Positions 35,501 through 47,122 of a DNA stretch of 64,000 nt are shown piece by piece. Within the stretch, counting starts at the first letter, position 1. Every line of letters starts with the position of its first letter. The stretch comes from Klebsormidium nitens (taxonomy: Eukaryota; Plantae; Klebsormidiophyceae). The notes beneath the pieces are model-generated. The model ran no database searches. It saw nothing but the letters and a program-made list of their open reading frames with translations, and had not been told where the DNA came from. Where the stretch lies: the NCBI GenBank assembly GCA_000708835.1, contig DF237012.1, forward strand, positions 62,001 through 126,000, in the 5' to 3' direction. The translations under genes were made by a program, and so were the position numbers.

Positions 35501-37948
35501 GGACCTGGTTGAAAGAGCATAGGTTTCTAGTGAGCGATGTCGGCAAAAGCAAGGTTTTCGCAGACTGTACCTCGAAGAAACAGCGCGTATCAAGCTTTTT
35601 GGTGAAGTACCCGAAGGCGTCGAGACGGATCACGCTCGCCCCGTTGTCTCGAAGACTGGAGATGGACTGCTCTATGAACTGCCAACCTGGACGGATAAAG
35701 AAGACAAACTGTTCTCGCGACAATAGTTGGATGAGTGCTTTTGTGAATACGGCTTTGCTTAGTTCCCTATGAGGAAGCAAGTGCCTTTAGAAAAGCGCGT
35801 CGACGGTGATTGTTGGGAACGGAATGTTTCACGGATTGCCAGCCTGAATAAATTCGGAACGGAATGCCTCGGACGATATTCCGCCACGAACTGCACGACG
35901 AGAGAAAGGTGCGAAGTCCGATGGCGCTTCTGCCCCCTAATTTGAGCTATGCGCGCATTGAGTGCCTCGTTCGATTTCCCCACAAACTACAAGCCGGGAA
36001 AGCCTGGAAGACGACTTACTTGCGTTTACAGATCGGCTACGAACTGCCGGCTGAGACGGAAGCGGAAGACAGGCAAAATGCGTCCGACTGATTTCGACCC
36101 AGATCGCCAATCGATACTAGTTCCAAGAAAGACGGAATACGTCTAACGGACTCCACAACGAAACACTATTTGGAACGAATCTAGGAGTATGCGGGGAACA
36201 TTTACATGCCAACGTGCGTCATTGGGGGTACGTCGACTTGCTCCAGTGCAAAGCTCAGTCATTTGATTTCACGCGTGTGCAAATACAGAAAATCAGAACC
36301 CCAAAACCCAAAACCCCGAAAGCCGAAAACATACCGACACGCGTCATCGGGTTGATGTCAATCTGCTCGGGGCCAAACGTGCACCAGAGACGTCTCTTGC
36401 TCCCGTCCTTCATTTCCACCTCCAAAACGGGCTCCTTATCGTTGCGGCACCGGATCAGCTTCTTGTCGTTCTCGTTGGGCCGACCTGCGCATTGGGGGTT
36501 ATTGGGTCAATTGCAGCTTCCGTCAACGTAGGCTTGACAGCAGGTTATAAAAAGGCTTAACGACAGGGTAAGTGGCAGGTCCCACTGCAGAATCAACAGC
36601 AGATTTTGATGCAGCAACGCCTGGGATTCACGTCCTTATCCTTGTTAGGCGGACCTCCCTTTCAAAGTTTGTGAGAGTGATTTCCGTTACTGACATAGGG
36701 TTTACGCAGCGGGGTACAGAACAGGTTCGTTAGCAGGTTCCAGTGCCGGGAAAGCGGCAAAAGAGACGTTCTCGATCGCACTCGTCAGGCCGAACAAAGC
36801 ATCAGGCTCAACAGCAAGGGCTGTTCAAGATGAACGGCAGGCTCATAGAAGAGAAGTTACTGTAGCGATGCATTCTGGTGCAGAAAACGTCGTCTCCTCT
36901 TTTTAGCCTCTTGTAGATAGTGCGCAAGCACTAACCAGTGATTAAAAGTGCGGTTAATATCCTTAACCGAGTCAGCATGGCATCCCCACCTTTCGGCCAA
37001 AATTTGTCCCAGTCAACAAACATGTCCGCAAACTCGGAGTCGTCGCCCTTCGCCAGGAAGTCCTGAAACTCGTCCGAGTCGGGGGAAATGTGGTTAACCA
37101 TGAACTCCACGCACAGGTCGTACCGGTCAGCAATCTCCTTGACGTCATCCCATGTGCCGAACTTGGGGTCGATGTCCGTATAAGCGATTGGCGCAAAGCC
37201 GCCGTCGCCGGAGGAGCGGTACACTGGCAGCAGGTGCACACTGCCGATAGCGCCTGTCATTACGAAAAAACGAAGGTTGGGTTAAGCATGAGTTAAGGAA
37301 GGATTCAGGGCGATGGACTTGACTTGAGGGCTTGGAAAGTGTCGATGGTCCAAACAATTGGCGCGCTTTGAAAAACGGGCGAGTAAAGCCTCACCCGCTG
37401 GCAAGCAGCGCTGAGCAACTTTCCAGCTTTTATCAATGTACATACTATTCTCATAGTTGCACTCAGACACTCCAATGCAAGAGAACACCGCTGCAGGTCT
37501 GCATCTAAATAGCAGAAAGAAATGAGCCCAGGATCCTTTGAGTCCAGGGGAACCCTTCCAACTTAACGTGATCAGAGCAGTGCTGGATTGATCGTTTCCA
37601 ACCTCACCCTGAAGGAGTCAAGCTCCAACAGAAGCGCGACAAAGCAAGGCAGGTCGACAAAAGCTGGCATGCACTTTCTCTGGTGTCAAGGTCTAGTTGG
37701 TTTCGAAATCTTGAGGCCTTACCTCTCAAGTGGTCGTTCATGAAGCGCATCAGATCCTTGAGGCCCTCCCCAACCCCGTTCCCATACGTGCTCAGCTGCA
37801 CCTGGTTGCGTAACGTCATTTGGTCGAGCGGGTCCGGGTCGTCCGTTTTGATGCGGCCATCCTCAAAGTTGTCGCTCTTGTCGCTGTACAAGAGCTCGTT
37901 GAACCCAGGGAACATCGGCTTCTGCCCGATCGCGGTCCTCCGCTCCTT
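32594..37948 (-). CDS. GH13 subfamily 18 sucrose-phosphorylase-family glycoside phosphorylase, intron-containing; 5' end not resolved
   Basis: Exons in order: RNQVQLSTYG (~37800); GSVHLLPVY..GDGGFAPI..FMVNHIS (~36990-37255); LWCTFGPEQIDIN (~36335-36483); IRLDAFGY (nucleophile Asp, ~35620); EPEAWELL (~35115-35178); LLCEVHEEY (acid/base Glu)..VYDFALP..LDTHDG (transition-state Asp) (~34140-34364); HQINCTYFSA..PGIPLVYYVG..GRAINRH (~33285-33615); VKRPVVQALLELCRFRNQHPAF..., stop at 32594. All junctions are GT-AG and in phase. Confidence 0.92.
32980..33107 (+). repeat. G-rich TTAGGG-like degenerate repeat in the last intron of the phosphorylase gene (G-quadruplex potential)
   Basis: gggtggggttggcttgggg...ggttagggtggggtcagcttggggtttagcttggggttcgggtggggttagcttgggggttagggtggg contains many runs of three or more G. 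Confidence 0.7.
34030..34138 (-). repeat. Interstitial telomere-like (TTTAGGG)n degenerate array directly after a splice donor
   Basis: Plus strand cctaaaccctaaacccttaaaccctaaacgctaaacccaaaacccttgaagacctaaaccctaaaccc abuts the GTGAG donor at ~34140. Confidence 0.8.
34448..34534 (-). pseudogene. Pseudo-exon: frameshifted duplicate of the start of the phosphorylase catalytic exon
   Basis: On minus, acaccccag|gttgctatgcgaggttcacgaggggtacaagaccaacctgaagattgcggacaagacggctactgggtgtacgactt lies 160 nt upstream of the functional acaccccag|gttgttgtgcgaggtccacgaggagtacaagaccaacctgaagatcgcggacaagggctactgggtgtacgactt. The copy carries EEY to EGY and a 2-nt insertion. Confidence 0.88.
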
Positions 37949-37974
37949 CTGCAAAAAAGGTCAACCCTGTTAAC

Positions 37975-40900
37975 CATCGTGCTTCTTTGACATGTCTCCG
38001 ACAGGACCTTCTGGGCCTGGTACCCTTATTGAGGGCTGGTTGAAAGTCCTCATTGATCCAAAAGCTGTATAGAAAGGGTGTGCTGGGTTATGAGTTTGAA
38101 CAGACGACCTTTCAGAAAACCATCGATAGCAGCGGTATGCGTTTCAAGGAGGACGCCCACATCGCTGCCACTTGCTTCTGGACAACCCTTAGCTGTTGGG
38201 AGTCGACAAGAGAAAAGCAATACAGTATTGGAGTTCCTTATCAGTGCAGCAGAAAATAGTAAGAAACCAGATACTGGCCCGATGTGGCCACTGCCTAAGC
38301 AGAAGTGTCAGAGGTCGCAAGTCAAACTGCGCCACTCAATCAAAGCAGAGACGGTGGCTCCACAAGCTATGTAATCATAATGACGACATTTTGCAGCTGT
38401 CAATTCGTTTCTTCGGCTCAAGCAAGCTGACTATCAAGCAGTATTAAAAGAATTCTGGACTGGAGGTCAGGGCCGGCAGTCAGGCGTGCATTCTGCATGC
38501 AGCTATGCTGTTCATCTTCTCACTCGGCAACAAGGATTGCAAGACTTCTATAGCCTTGAATCACTGGGACTAATAACCTGACGTCATTGAGCACCATATG
38601 AAGCCATGAAGTGACCACCTGCGAGGGTGCCACTACCTCATGATCCTCAGCATTGTATCCCAAGCTGAAAATGAGACCCCTTAACACATCATACTGCACA
38701 ACATACTGCACAAACTTACCTCTAAAGCGCTCGAAACCATAGCTGGAGCCTCCTCAGCTACAGTCGGTGCAGGCCACAGCTCCTCCAATAAAAGTAGTGT
38801 AGCACCCACAGGAAGAAGCTTCAATGAGGGTGAACACTAGGCCAAACGAGGAGACAACGACACGTTTTGACGCTGCGCTCGTTTGATCTGCGTTCTGCAG
38901 CTGTTGCCGAACTTTTATGTGCGGATCACATTGTCTTGTTTGAATCCCGGGGGAACTGAAGTCCAAAGTCTCTGGAGAGCATACCTACAGTAGCACTGAG
39001 AATAGCTACGGTAGACAGCAGAACAGCAGAACAGCAGAAATCACACTTGAACAGCACTGTCAGCAGCTAGAATAAGATTGCGGCCGGCCTGCATGATGAC
39101 ATTCTCATGAAATCTGGGACAGGTGGCACACCGTGGCACATAGTGAGTCACGACTCAAATTCAGTCCAGAGTTCTCTCAATCATTGCGGTCGGCAAACGT
39201 CCGGTATCCACCGGTCACCTTTCCAGGGAATGATTGCTGACCAGTGACTCCCCGACTGCCTTTCAATTTCACGGAACGGGACTGCTGATGTCATCGGGTG
39301 TCAGTTGCTGGCAGTCCTCGTGGCCGTTCGATTGCTGTAGGTCACAGTAGGTGGCTTGTCACATCGACGGCCGTGCGGCATTTGCGGCTGTCGAAGCGCG
39401 GCCGTCGAAGGTGCTCGCGCGCGCGCTCGGACTCGGAGAGCTCTTCTAAAGGGAGAAAGGTTTCCTTTGGGTTTCACTGTTTCATGGGGGTGGTGGTGTT
39501 GTTGAAACGAGATAGGTAGATACAAAAATAGAGCTTGCGCATGTAGTTTAGGGCGAAAGCGGCCGCCTTTGCGTGCTTCAGCTTTAGCGCACCATAAAGC
39601 CAATACTTGATCTGTGAAGACGTCGAGAGCTCGGCCAGATGAGTGGTAGCAGCCGCGACATCTTTGATTCTTCGCTCGACCTCGAGCGGGAGCACCTCGA
39701 CAGAGGGTATGCGGAAGGGCTCAGGTGAGTTTTCAAGCCCTTCTCCGATGGCCAACTTATCGAGGCACCAGGCTTGGTTAAAGTAACCTGGGCTAAACTT
39801 TGGTTCGCCAACTCTCTGCATTTCACAATGCAAGTTTGGTGCATTCTCACCCAAATACTTTGAGATACTAGATTCAGCTTGGCCATTCGTTGTAGCGCTT
39901 CATTCACGCAAGCATCAGACCATTGTTTGTCCATGCACATCCTAGAGCGCCTCTTTTTAATATCCTGAAGCCCCATCGCTTGATGAGAGATCCCAGAATG
40001 CATGGGAGGGCAAAACATCGTGAAACGTTCGGGGATACAGGCAGCAGTCTTTGATAAACTTTCATCAGCCAGACAAATGACCAGATTGCTAGCTTTGCCA
40101 CATTACGACCTGATTAACAATCAGGCATTGATGTGGAGCGAAGCCACAGGCAAACCTGTTACACAAGAGAGTGGTGCCAAAGGTGGAGCGCTTTTAGATG
40201 CTCACAGCGCTCATGCAGGAAAGCGTGTAGTTTTTGTGCTGCAGGGACGGTCAGACGGAGGGGCTGAAGGAAGGGAGAGAAGTGGGCCTGAAGAGCGGGT
40301 TTGAGATTGGTGAGCTGCTTTAACGAGAGGCTGGCCAGCTTTGAGCATAAGTCATTCCCTGCGCAGTGATTTGATTCATTCCATGATGTCACTAAGAACG
40401 GCAGTACTGCCAGATAGCCCAGCCCTTCCCATCGTTGGTTCCAATTTCAATAGGGCAACGTCAATTTAAGGAGGTTTTCACCAACATTTGATAAACTGGA
40501 GATTGCAGGTTGAGTGAGAGGTGATGCTGCTCCTTGCTCCACACATTTGTGCGACTGCATCTTTCTGACTTGGTTTGCTTTGGATCAGGGGAGGAAGTTG
40601 GATTCTACTCTGGGTGTGTGGAGATTTGGAGCAAGGCCTTGGAGACAGACGGGACTCTCTTCAGCGCCAGGTATGCTGAACTCTTTGCTTGTTGAACGGG
40701 ACCCGCAAATAACCCTTTAAACTTGGAGTTTGTTGACCTGCGATTGTGGGGTACCCAAAAGGGCAGCAAAAGTATATTGAGATGTATCTATCAGGGCGCA
40801 GAAGCCTGACGATCTACTTTTAAAGCGCAAGTTCTTGTGAGGTGTATGATATCGAGATGCCTTCCGGACAACTGTTGACTGCTATGAGAAGAACAAGAGG

Positions 40901-41300
40901 ATTTTTTGCTGATGAGCTGCACAGATGAAGCTGTAAAGGTTCCGTACCACTACTGGCAAGTGAAGCTGATTGTCATTGTGCGGCTCTCGACTGTGTCTAA
41001 GAATCTGGTGTTTTTGCTGAAGACTCTCCTTTGGCATTCGCATGTGCAGGGGTCGGAAGAGCATACACACATTCTCGCAGCAGTTAGCTGCCTTTCCTCT
41101 CAAAGAACCACAGGCAAGTTCCACTGTTGCTGGCTTGCGCTTCCTTTCCATCTCATTTCAATGTTTGGGTCTATAGTTTGCTTCTCCCTTTGGCAGCAAA
41201 TCACGTGCTTTGTGCAGTTCGACAAAAACGTCATTAGATGCTGCTGGAGCGCTTCACAGAGTTCGGTCAAAGAGAATCCCAGATCCGGGAGGGGACGAAC
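37975..41300 (-). CDS. Unresolved candidate exons: N-terminal extension of the phosphorylase or a separate unknown gene
   Basis: Open segments with splice-like ends: KGCPEASGSDVGVLLETHTAAIDGFLK (~38120-38200), YDVLRGLIFSLGYNAEDHE (~38635-38693), LLPVGATLLLLEELWP..SSALE|gtaagt (~38720-38820), PFRIPSVEVLPLEVERRIKD..ALNYM (~39540-39720) and MGLQDIKKRR..AKLNL (~39872-39980). I could not build one phase-consistent chain. Confidence 0.3.
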
Positions 41301-41857
41301 CTGCTTCTTGAGGGGTGATTGCGAAAACTTTGATGAGTCATAGGACGTGGATCTTTGAATGGAATCTTGTCCAGGCTAACGTCCTGTTTGCAAAGCACAC
41401 GAAGCCACCCTCCTCAATAAGGAAGAACTACCTCATCAGTACATTCAGACAATCGCAGCTAGCCTTAGAGGGACCATTACTTTAGTTCAGCCCAACGATT
41501 CATAACCAAAGGAGAGATGAAGCGCTCAAAGGAACGTCAAGGAACACTTAGCTCCGCAGAAGGTTGAGCATCTGACACAACCGCCAAGCAATGTCACCGC
41601 AAATCGAAGCAATTGAAAAGGGCCCTAGGGACTCAAATCCAAACCGTGAGAGGGTTGGATCATACGTCAAGCCCCTCAAATCAGATTCTGCTCCCGTCCG
41701 CAGAACGAGCAGTACGACAGTCTCTTGAAGCAGCTGAGAACGCGGTGGAAGGTGCTGACGTCACTCCTGGGCGTGGCGCCGTTGGAGTATCCGGGGTACC
41801 CCCGGGGGGAGGAGGACCCCACCAGCTTCTAACTAGAGCGAGGGCGCTGCGGGGGCG

Positions 41858-44800
41858 ATGACCGAGAGCGACGAGGAGCAGGAGTTCATGTCCAACCTTT
41901 TCACCGACGAAAGGTGAACCTTTCTATTGAACCGATTCGCCTGTCTTTTGTACTTTCGCGATTTCTGGAGCGGTGTTTAAAGGCATTACATGATTCACAC
42001 TCGCACGGCTTCCTTACTTTCGTGACTTTGGAGAAGCTTTCATTGAAGCCAAGATTCGGAGTGGCCGAAGCTAACCAGAAGTACAGTGTGCAATGATCAA
42101 GTCACGACCTCTATCGATGTCCGTACCAACCACCTTCTTATGCTCATGAGGTTGCTAGTTCTGCCAGATATAGTTCGTAAGCATCCATTCCTAACGCCAC
42201 TGATGGGGTCAGCCAGCTACATCAGCCACCGGCGATCCGTGTGGCAGCACTGCCTGCAGAATTCTGCCGACGCCATCGTTTGTTGCTCGTATCTCATGTG
42301 CCACTTCGGTTCTGCAAGGGGAAGAAGAGGAAACGTTTCCTTTCTTATGCAGCTACGTTCCAAAGACGTTCCACTTCGGCGCCCAGACCATCACCGTGCT
42401 GAGACTCGAGGCATCTTCCAGTGAGTCTCCTTCTCGACAAAGTTATCATCGAGCCAAGAGAGAGAGAATGGATAGGTCCTTCCTGCTGAGAACAAACCGC
42501 ACCTCACATTTTCGAAATGAGAAATTATATCTACTGGGCACTCGAGCCCACTCGAAACCCCCTCCTGAGCATCACCCGTCCCTTGCGGGTGACCTTGACT
42601 TTCGAATTATATGTACCTTTGCCGACAGGTAAAAGTCTTTAAGCATGCGCAAAGCCCATCACATGTGTTCGTCGCTCCCCGGACGCTCCCTCAACGTTTG
42701 TCCGTCAAGAGCAACCCTGCTCCGCGAGAATTGGCTACGCGTCGGAGGAATGCTCGGAGCTCACTGTGCTGACGTCACGTCCGTCCCTTCTGCTCAGCTG
42801 ATTTCGACCTGACGGGGCAGATCGTATGGCCCGGCGCGCAGCTGATGGGCGCTTATCTGAGCACTCGGGCAGAGATGTTCAAGGGGAAGACGGCTTTGGA
42901 GCTAGGGTCGGGCGTGGGTAAGCGCCCGCTCAGATGCTGAACGTATGACCATGTTAAGGGGCGCTTTTAAAGTGTTGGACTCGAACAATTTGTCCCCGTT
43001 TTTCCGAGAAGAACGTATCAAACAAAGAGCAGGCTGCGGCTGAGCCCTGCCCGTATTGTTGCTCCCTACCTGTCGGAGCCTGCCCAATCCTTTCGCTCCG
43101 GTTGCTGTGAGATAATGAAAGCTTATGTTCAACGCTCCTTCGTGTAGCGACTTGGTTTGGGCTTACAAAGGTGTGTAAGCCGTCGACGGAGGCGGACTCA
43201 TTATAAACCGGGACTGTGAAGGGATTTCTGAAAATATCCACTCGAACTTAGCCCTTTGCAGGACTGACGGGGCTGCTGTGCGCCCGATTCTGCCCGGTAG
43301 TGATGACCGACCACAACGAAACAGTGTTGAAGGTGAGGAGAAGACACGGACTCTTTCAAACGGCGGAAAGAATTGTGGGGGAGCTAGAGGCTCGCCTCTA
43401 CTCCATGCAGAGTGACGCCGTCTCAGATAATCCTCCCTTTGTTCATGGATGAGTGGCCTTAATCGACCTGACCTGTCAGGAGACGGGTCTTCGCTTTGCA
43501 TACGAGCCTTCAATCGCGAGGGGTTTTCCAGCGACTTCGGAAACTGCAGTTGAACGACCTGCAAAGCGAACACCACAGTGCCCATTGACCTGACTAGCTG
43601 TTGATTCTGCAGCGTTCGACGTTGTTGAAAAGTTCGATACGACGCAACTATTGAAAATAGAATCTGTTGATCAACTTCTGTGTAACTCTTTTCGTGCTTG
43701 TTACTCTTTAACCTAGACCTTCCGGTCAGTCACGGCTTTCTCCATCCTGGCCAAACCCACGAGATTTGGTAAAGAGTTCTCTTAACAACCTTGTGCAAAT
43801 CAGCTGTCACGATCTTTTCTCAATTGTCCACCGTAATAAGCGGCCCTCATTTCTGTTGGTTATTGTACCCTAAACTTGATCCATCGACTTTTCTATGCCT
43901 TTTCTATTCCATTTTTAGTGGATGGCGCTGCCGCTATCACGGTTCTGCGGAAGCGTGCCCTTAGCCATGCTGAGAGAAGGAAATTAGCGTCCAGTCTTTG
44001 TCCAACCACGACCGGCTTGACCTGCTGCATTTCGCGATATGTTAATCATCTGCAGTCCGAACCTCGTCAATCCCACTGTTCGTTTCCAGGTTATGAGGAG
44101 GAACGTCGCGTTCCAAACGGAGGTGGCCAAGGAAGCAGCGATCCATGGTGAGCCACGTGGCACCTCTGAAATGTTGATCGAAATGTAGCTGGACTTTCTG
44201 GCTGCTTTCTAGACTCAGCCGTTCCCATCAGTTCGGAGAGTAGAGATTTCACACTCACCAGCAATGCCCCCGTAGTATCAGAGTCCTTAAGTCTCCGTCA
44301 GCTACTTACGGTTGATCAAAATGCAAGTGAAGAGGTCGGGAGGTAACGGGGAGTGTGAGGGCGGTCTCCTGTTAGCGACGACCTTGAAAAGGAAGTCGTC
44401 TATTGTCGGCCTTCCTGTTTGGCCGGTTTTGATTGCAACTCGAAATTGAGAGCCTCTTTCTAAGAGTCCCGCCTCTATATTTGAAGTCGATATGCTTGGC
44501 TACCTTTCTACTTGTCTGCCTTTTCTTCATTAACATAATCAACTGACGTCGGCGAAAGTGCTCCTCTTAGCTAAGAGCAAGGGGACTCGGGAAAGTGCAG
44601 ATCTCTCGGTCAATTTCTTCTTTGTGTGTTTCTTCCTCATCCCAGCACTTTCTTCACCCCTTCCTTCAAGCTCCGCGCTCTTGGAACCCTGCTGTTCACG
44701 CTCAATGTAACAAACACGGTCTCCTGTGCAGAGGTCGATTGCATGCAACTAGAGTGGGGCAACCGGGATCACTTGAACGCAATCCTGGCTCGCCACCCGG

Positions 44801-46365
44801 GGGGCTTCGACTACATCCTGGGAGCAGACATCTATATCCTCGTCCCGCCTTTGCTTCTCCCGGGACTTTAACCTCAGGGCCTCTACTTGTTCAAACTTGT
44901 CTCGTCGGCCGTTCCAAGTTGCTTCTTAGAGCAGATCACAACTTACCGGTTTGACTGTCAACGGTCTTGTTTACTTGCAGTCTGTCGACGTATCTTGTCC
45001 GGATGCTCTGCCACGTCTTGTTTAAAGCATACGTCTGTGCTTTCGTTCTGCTGGCTTCTTTCTCCTCTTGCGTCTCTTCGCTTCGATCCCTTTCGAGACC
45101 AAGGCTATCAGATGTGCTCCATCCTCTTGCTCCCTCACATTACATTCTTTTTCCTTTGTAAGGTCTCCCTCGTGTCTATTTGTGAGGATTATGTGTCCGA
45201 GCATATCGCTTCCGGCTTTGGATTACCGATGCCTGACGTATATGTCCGCGCCTCGCCGGTAGTTCACGAGCGCTCCGGGGCCCTTTCCGACTTTCGGGGT
45301 GTGATTTGTCTGACCTACGAATCTTGAGATGAAGTCTTTGGGCAGGTTGGTAATCTTGGCGTGCTCTCGTCATGTTTCAGCTACTTGCAAGCGCCCCCTT
45401 TCTAGATTTCGCATTGCGACTCACCATGTCGCAGTCTGCTGACGACCGTCGCTAGCCCTCCCGTCTTGAAGCAAGTGTCTAGCGCTCCCTCCAGACTGAA
45501 CTCCTTTTCAAATAACGGCGCTACATAAGACATCCCCATGTCCCTAATCATTGTTTAGTCACCACCTTATCATGGACATTTCGCCGGACGCATTGAGCTT
45601 ATTGTCACACGTCAGCGGACATACTGCTCCTTGACCGAACCCGTCAGCACGTTACCAGCAGGCGAGCGTGCCCCTGCTCTTTCGGACGGTTCGGCAGCTG
45701 TTGGACGTCCGAATTGGGGCCAACTTCATCCTGGCGTATGTGTCCCGCATCAAGGGGTACGTTCACGGTCTTACTTCGTCCGAAGTTTTCGCGTCATTGG
45801 TGCTGCTCTTCAACTTATTCCACGTTTTTCTGGTCCGAGCGATTCAGCAGTGCCTAGATGCGTACATTTGGATGATCTGACTGGAGACCTGAGACTGACC
45901 CTGATAGAAGGAAGTTGTATACACGAAGTGCTCGATCGAGCTTCCAGTCCATGGCGCGTAGCCGATGTCAGATTCGGCGAAAGCTCGGAAAGACAATTCC
46001 GGAGGGACCAAGGGCTTTTGATGTCATTGTTCGAAGAATTTTGGCTTGCATTTAAATGGAGAGCAGACTGTTGTCATTCCCTGCACTTATTCAGCCTTTT
46101 TCACTTGAATCGAGCAGACTCCTGTCTCCGGTTGGCGCGTTCAGCCAGCTTGCGCGTAAGGAGCATGGTCGGCTTTTCTAGAATGAGCTGGAGAAGGGCT
46201 TGAGAGCAACTGAAAAGGATTCCAATTGGTCTTTACAGAACCGACGAGCTTGTAAAGGCAACCGTGCTGGATAACAACATGCGCGCCACTGAAGCTCCCG
46301 GAACTCGACAGAAGCTGGCTAACGGGACCCTCGAAGGGTGGGTCTATGTAATCTCCTCCAACTAA
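41858..46365 (+). CDS. Family-16 (METTL21/EFM-like) SAM-dependent putative protein-lysine methyltransferase, 8 exons
   Basis: MTESDEEQEFMSNLFTDE | SYVPKTFHFGAQTITVLRLEASS | TDFDLTGQIVWPGAQLM..KTALELGSGVG (motif I) | LTGLLCARFCPVVMTDHNETVLK | VMRRNV.. | VDCMQLEWG..FDYILGADI | CYQQASVPLLF..FILAYVSR | ..GTRQKLANGTLEGWVYVISSN. Stop TAA at 46363-46365. Confidence 0.9.
44834..45650 (+). other. U12-type AT-AC intron in the methyltransferase gene
   Basis: 5' site ATATCCTC at 44834, branch TCCTTGAC at 45628-45635, terminal AC at 45649-45650. Splicing gives GAC ATC T|GT TAC CAG CAG = D-I-C-Y-Q-Q in frame. Confidence 0.9.
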
Positions 46366-47122
46366 GGAACGCGAAAATATCCAGGCCCGGATACTACCAC
46401 TTGCACAACGATGGGTGCGGTTCGGTTCAACCTCGTCGTGTGGATTGCGAGATATCCACGGGTAAGCAAAATGGGAGACGTTAGTGCTTTCAGAACTTGT
46501 CTTAAGGAACAAAAAGAGTGACTGGCAACCAGCCTCCATGGGTCTTGAAGTCTTCATCATCATCGTGACTATCTTTCAATGCTGGCCACTGCTTGCGGTA
46601 TTTTCAGGGACGTTGTCGAAGATCATTGTAAGAACACGTTCGTGCGAAGTATGCACTCAAGTCAACATTGGCATGCATGTACCTGCACACCGCTGGCGCC
46701 CCATGCCTTTTATAGGCATGATCGTATAATCGTATGCTCGAGCTCTGAGAGAAGCGTCCCATCGGCCGGCACATGTGCGTGACCTGACAATATCGATTAG
46801 AGCATTCACAACCAGCAAGTTCTTGCAATGTCATGCACTCGCCAGAATCATGACTCATGTGATACAAGGAGCCAAGTGATCGTTCAATAGCCTGGTGAGG
46901 ATCGTGGACGTGAACCCGCGTCCAGACAAAAACTAGTTGCATTCTGCACACGTATCTAGCCGCCACAAGTCTCAGCTGTAGGCATGCACTGCGTGGCGGC
47001 GCATGCCGCCACTTGTGATGCACGATCGTAACCCTGAACTGTACATAGCGTTGTTGAAGAATGTCGCGACCCCGCCCCTAACTCGGAGACCGCAGAAGCC
47101 ATCACTACCAGATTGGAAAGTT

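Noticed and set aside
32594-37948. Bacterial contaminant contig as the source of the phosphorylase
   Set aside because: The gene has multiple phase-consistent spliceosomal introns, host-like exon GC and continuous eukaryotic flanks.
17960-39045. Microsatellites (TCGT)n near 17965 and (CAGCAGAA)3 near 39015
   Set aside because: Ordinary short simple repeats with no further structure.
41685-41715. CSFCGR (ClpX-like zinc-finger start) in a short minus-strand frame
   Set aside because: The frame stops within a few codons, lacks the second Cys pair and lies just upstream of the methyltransferase start.
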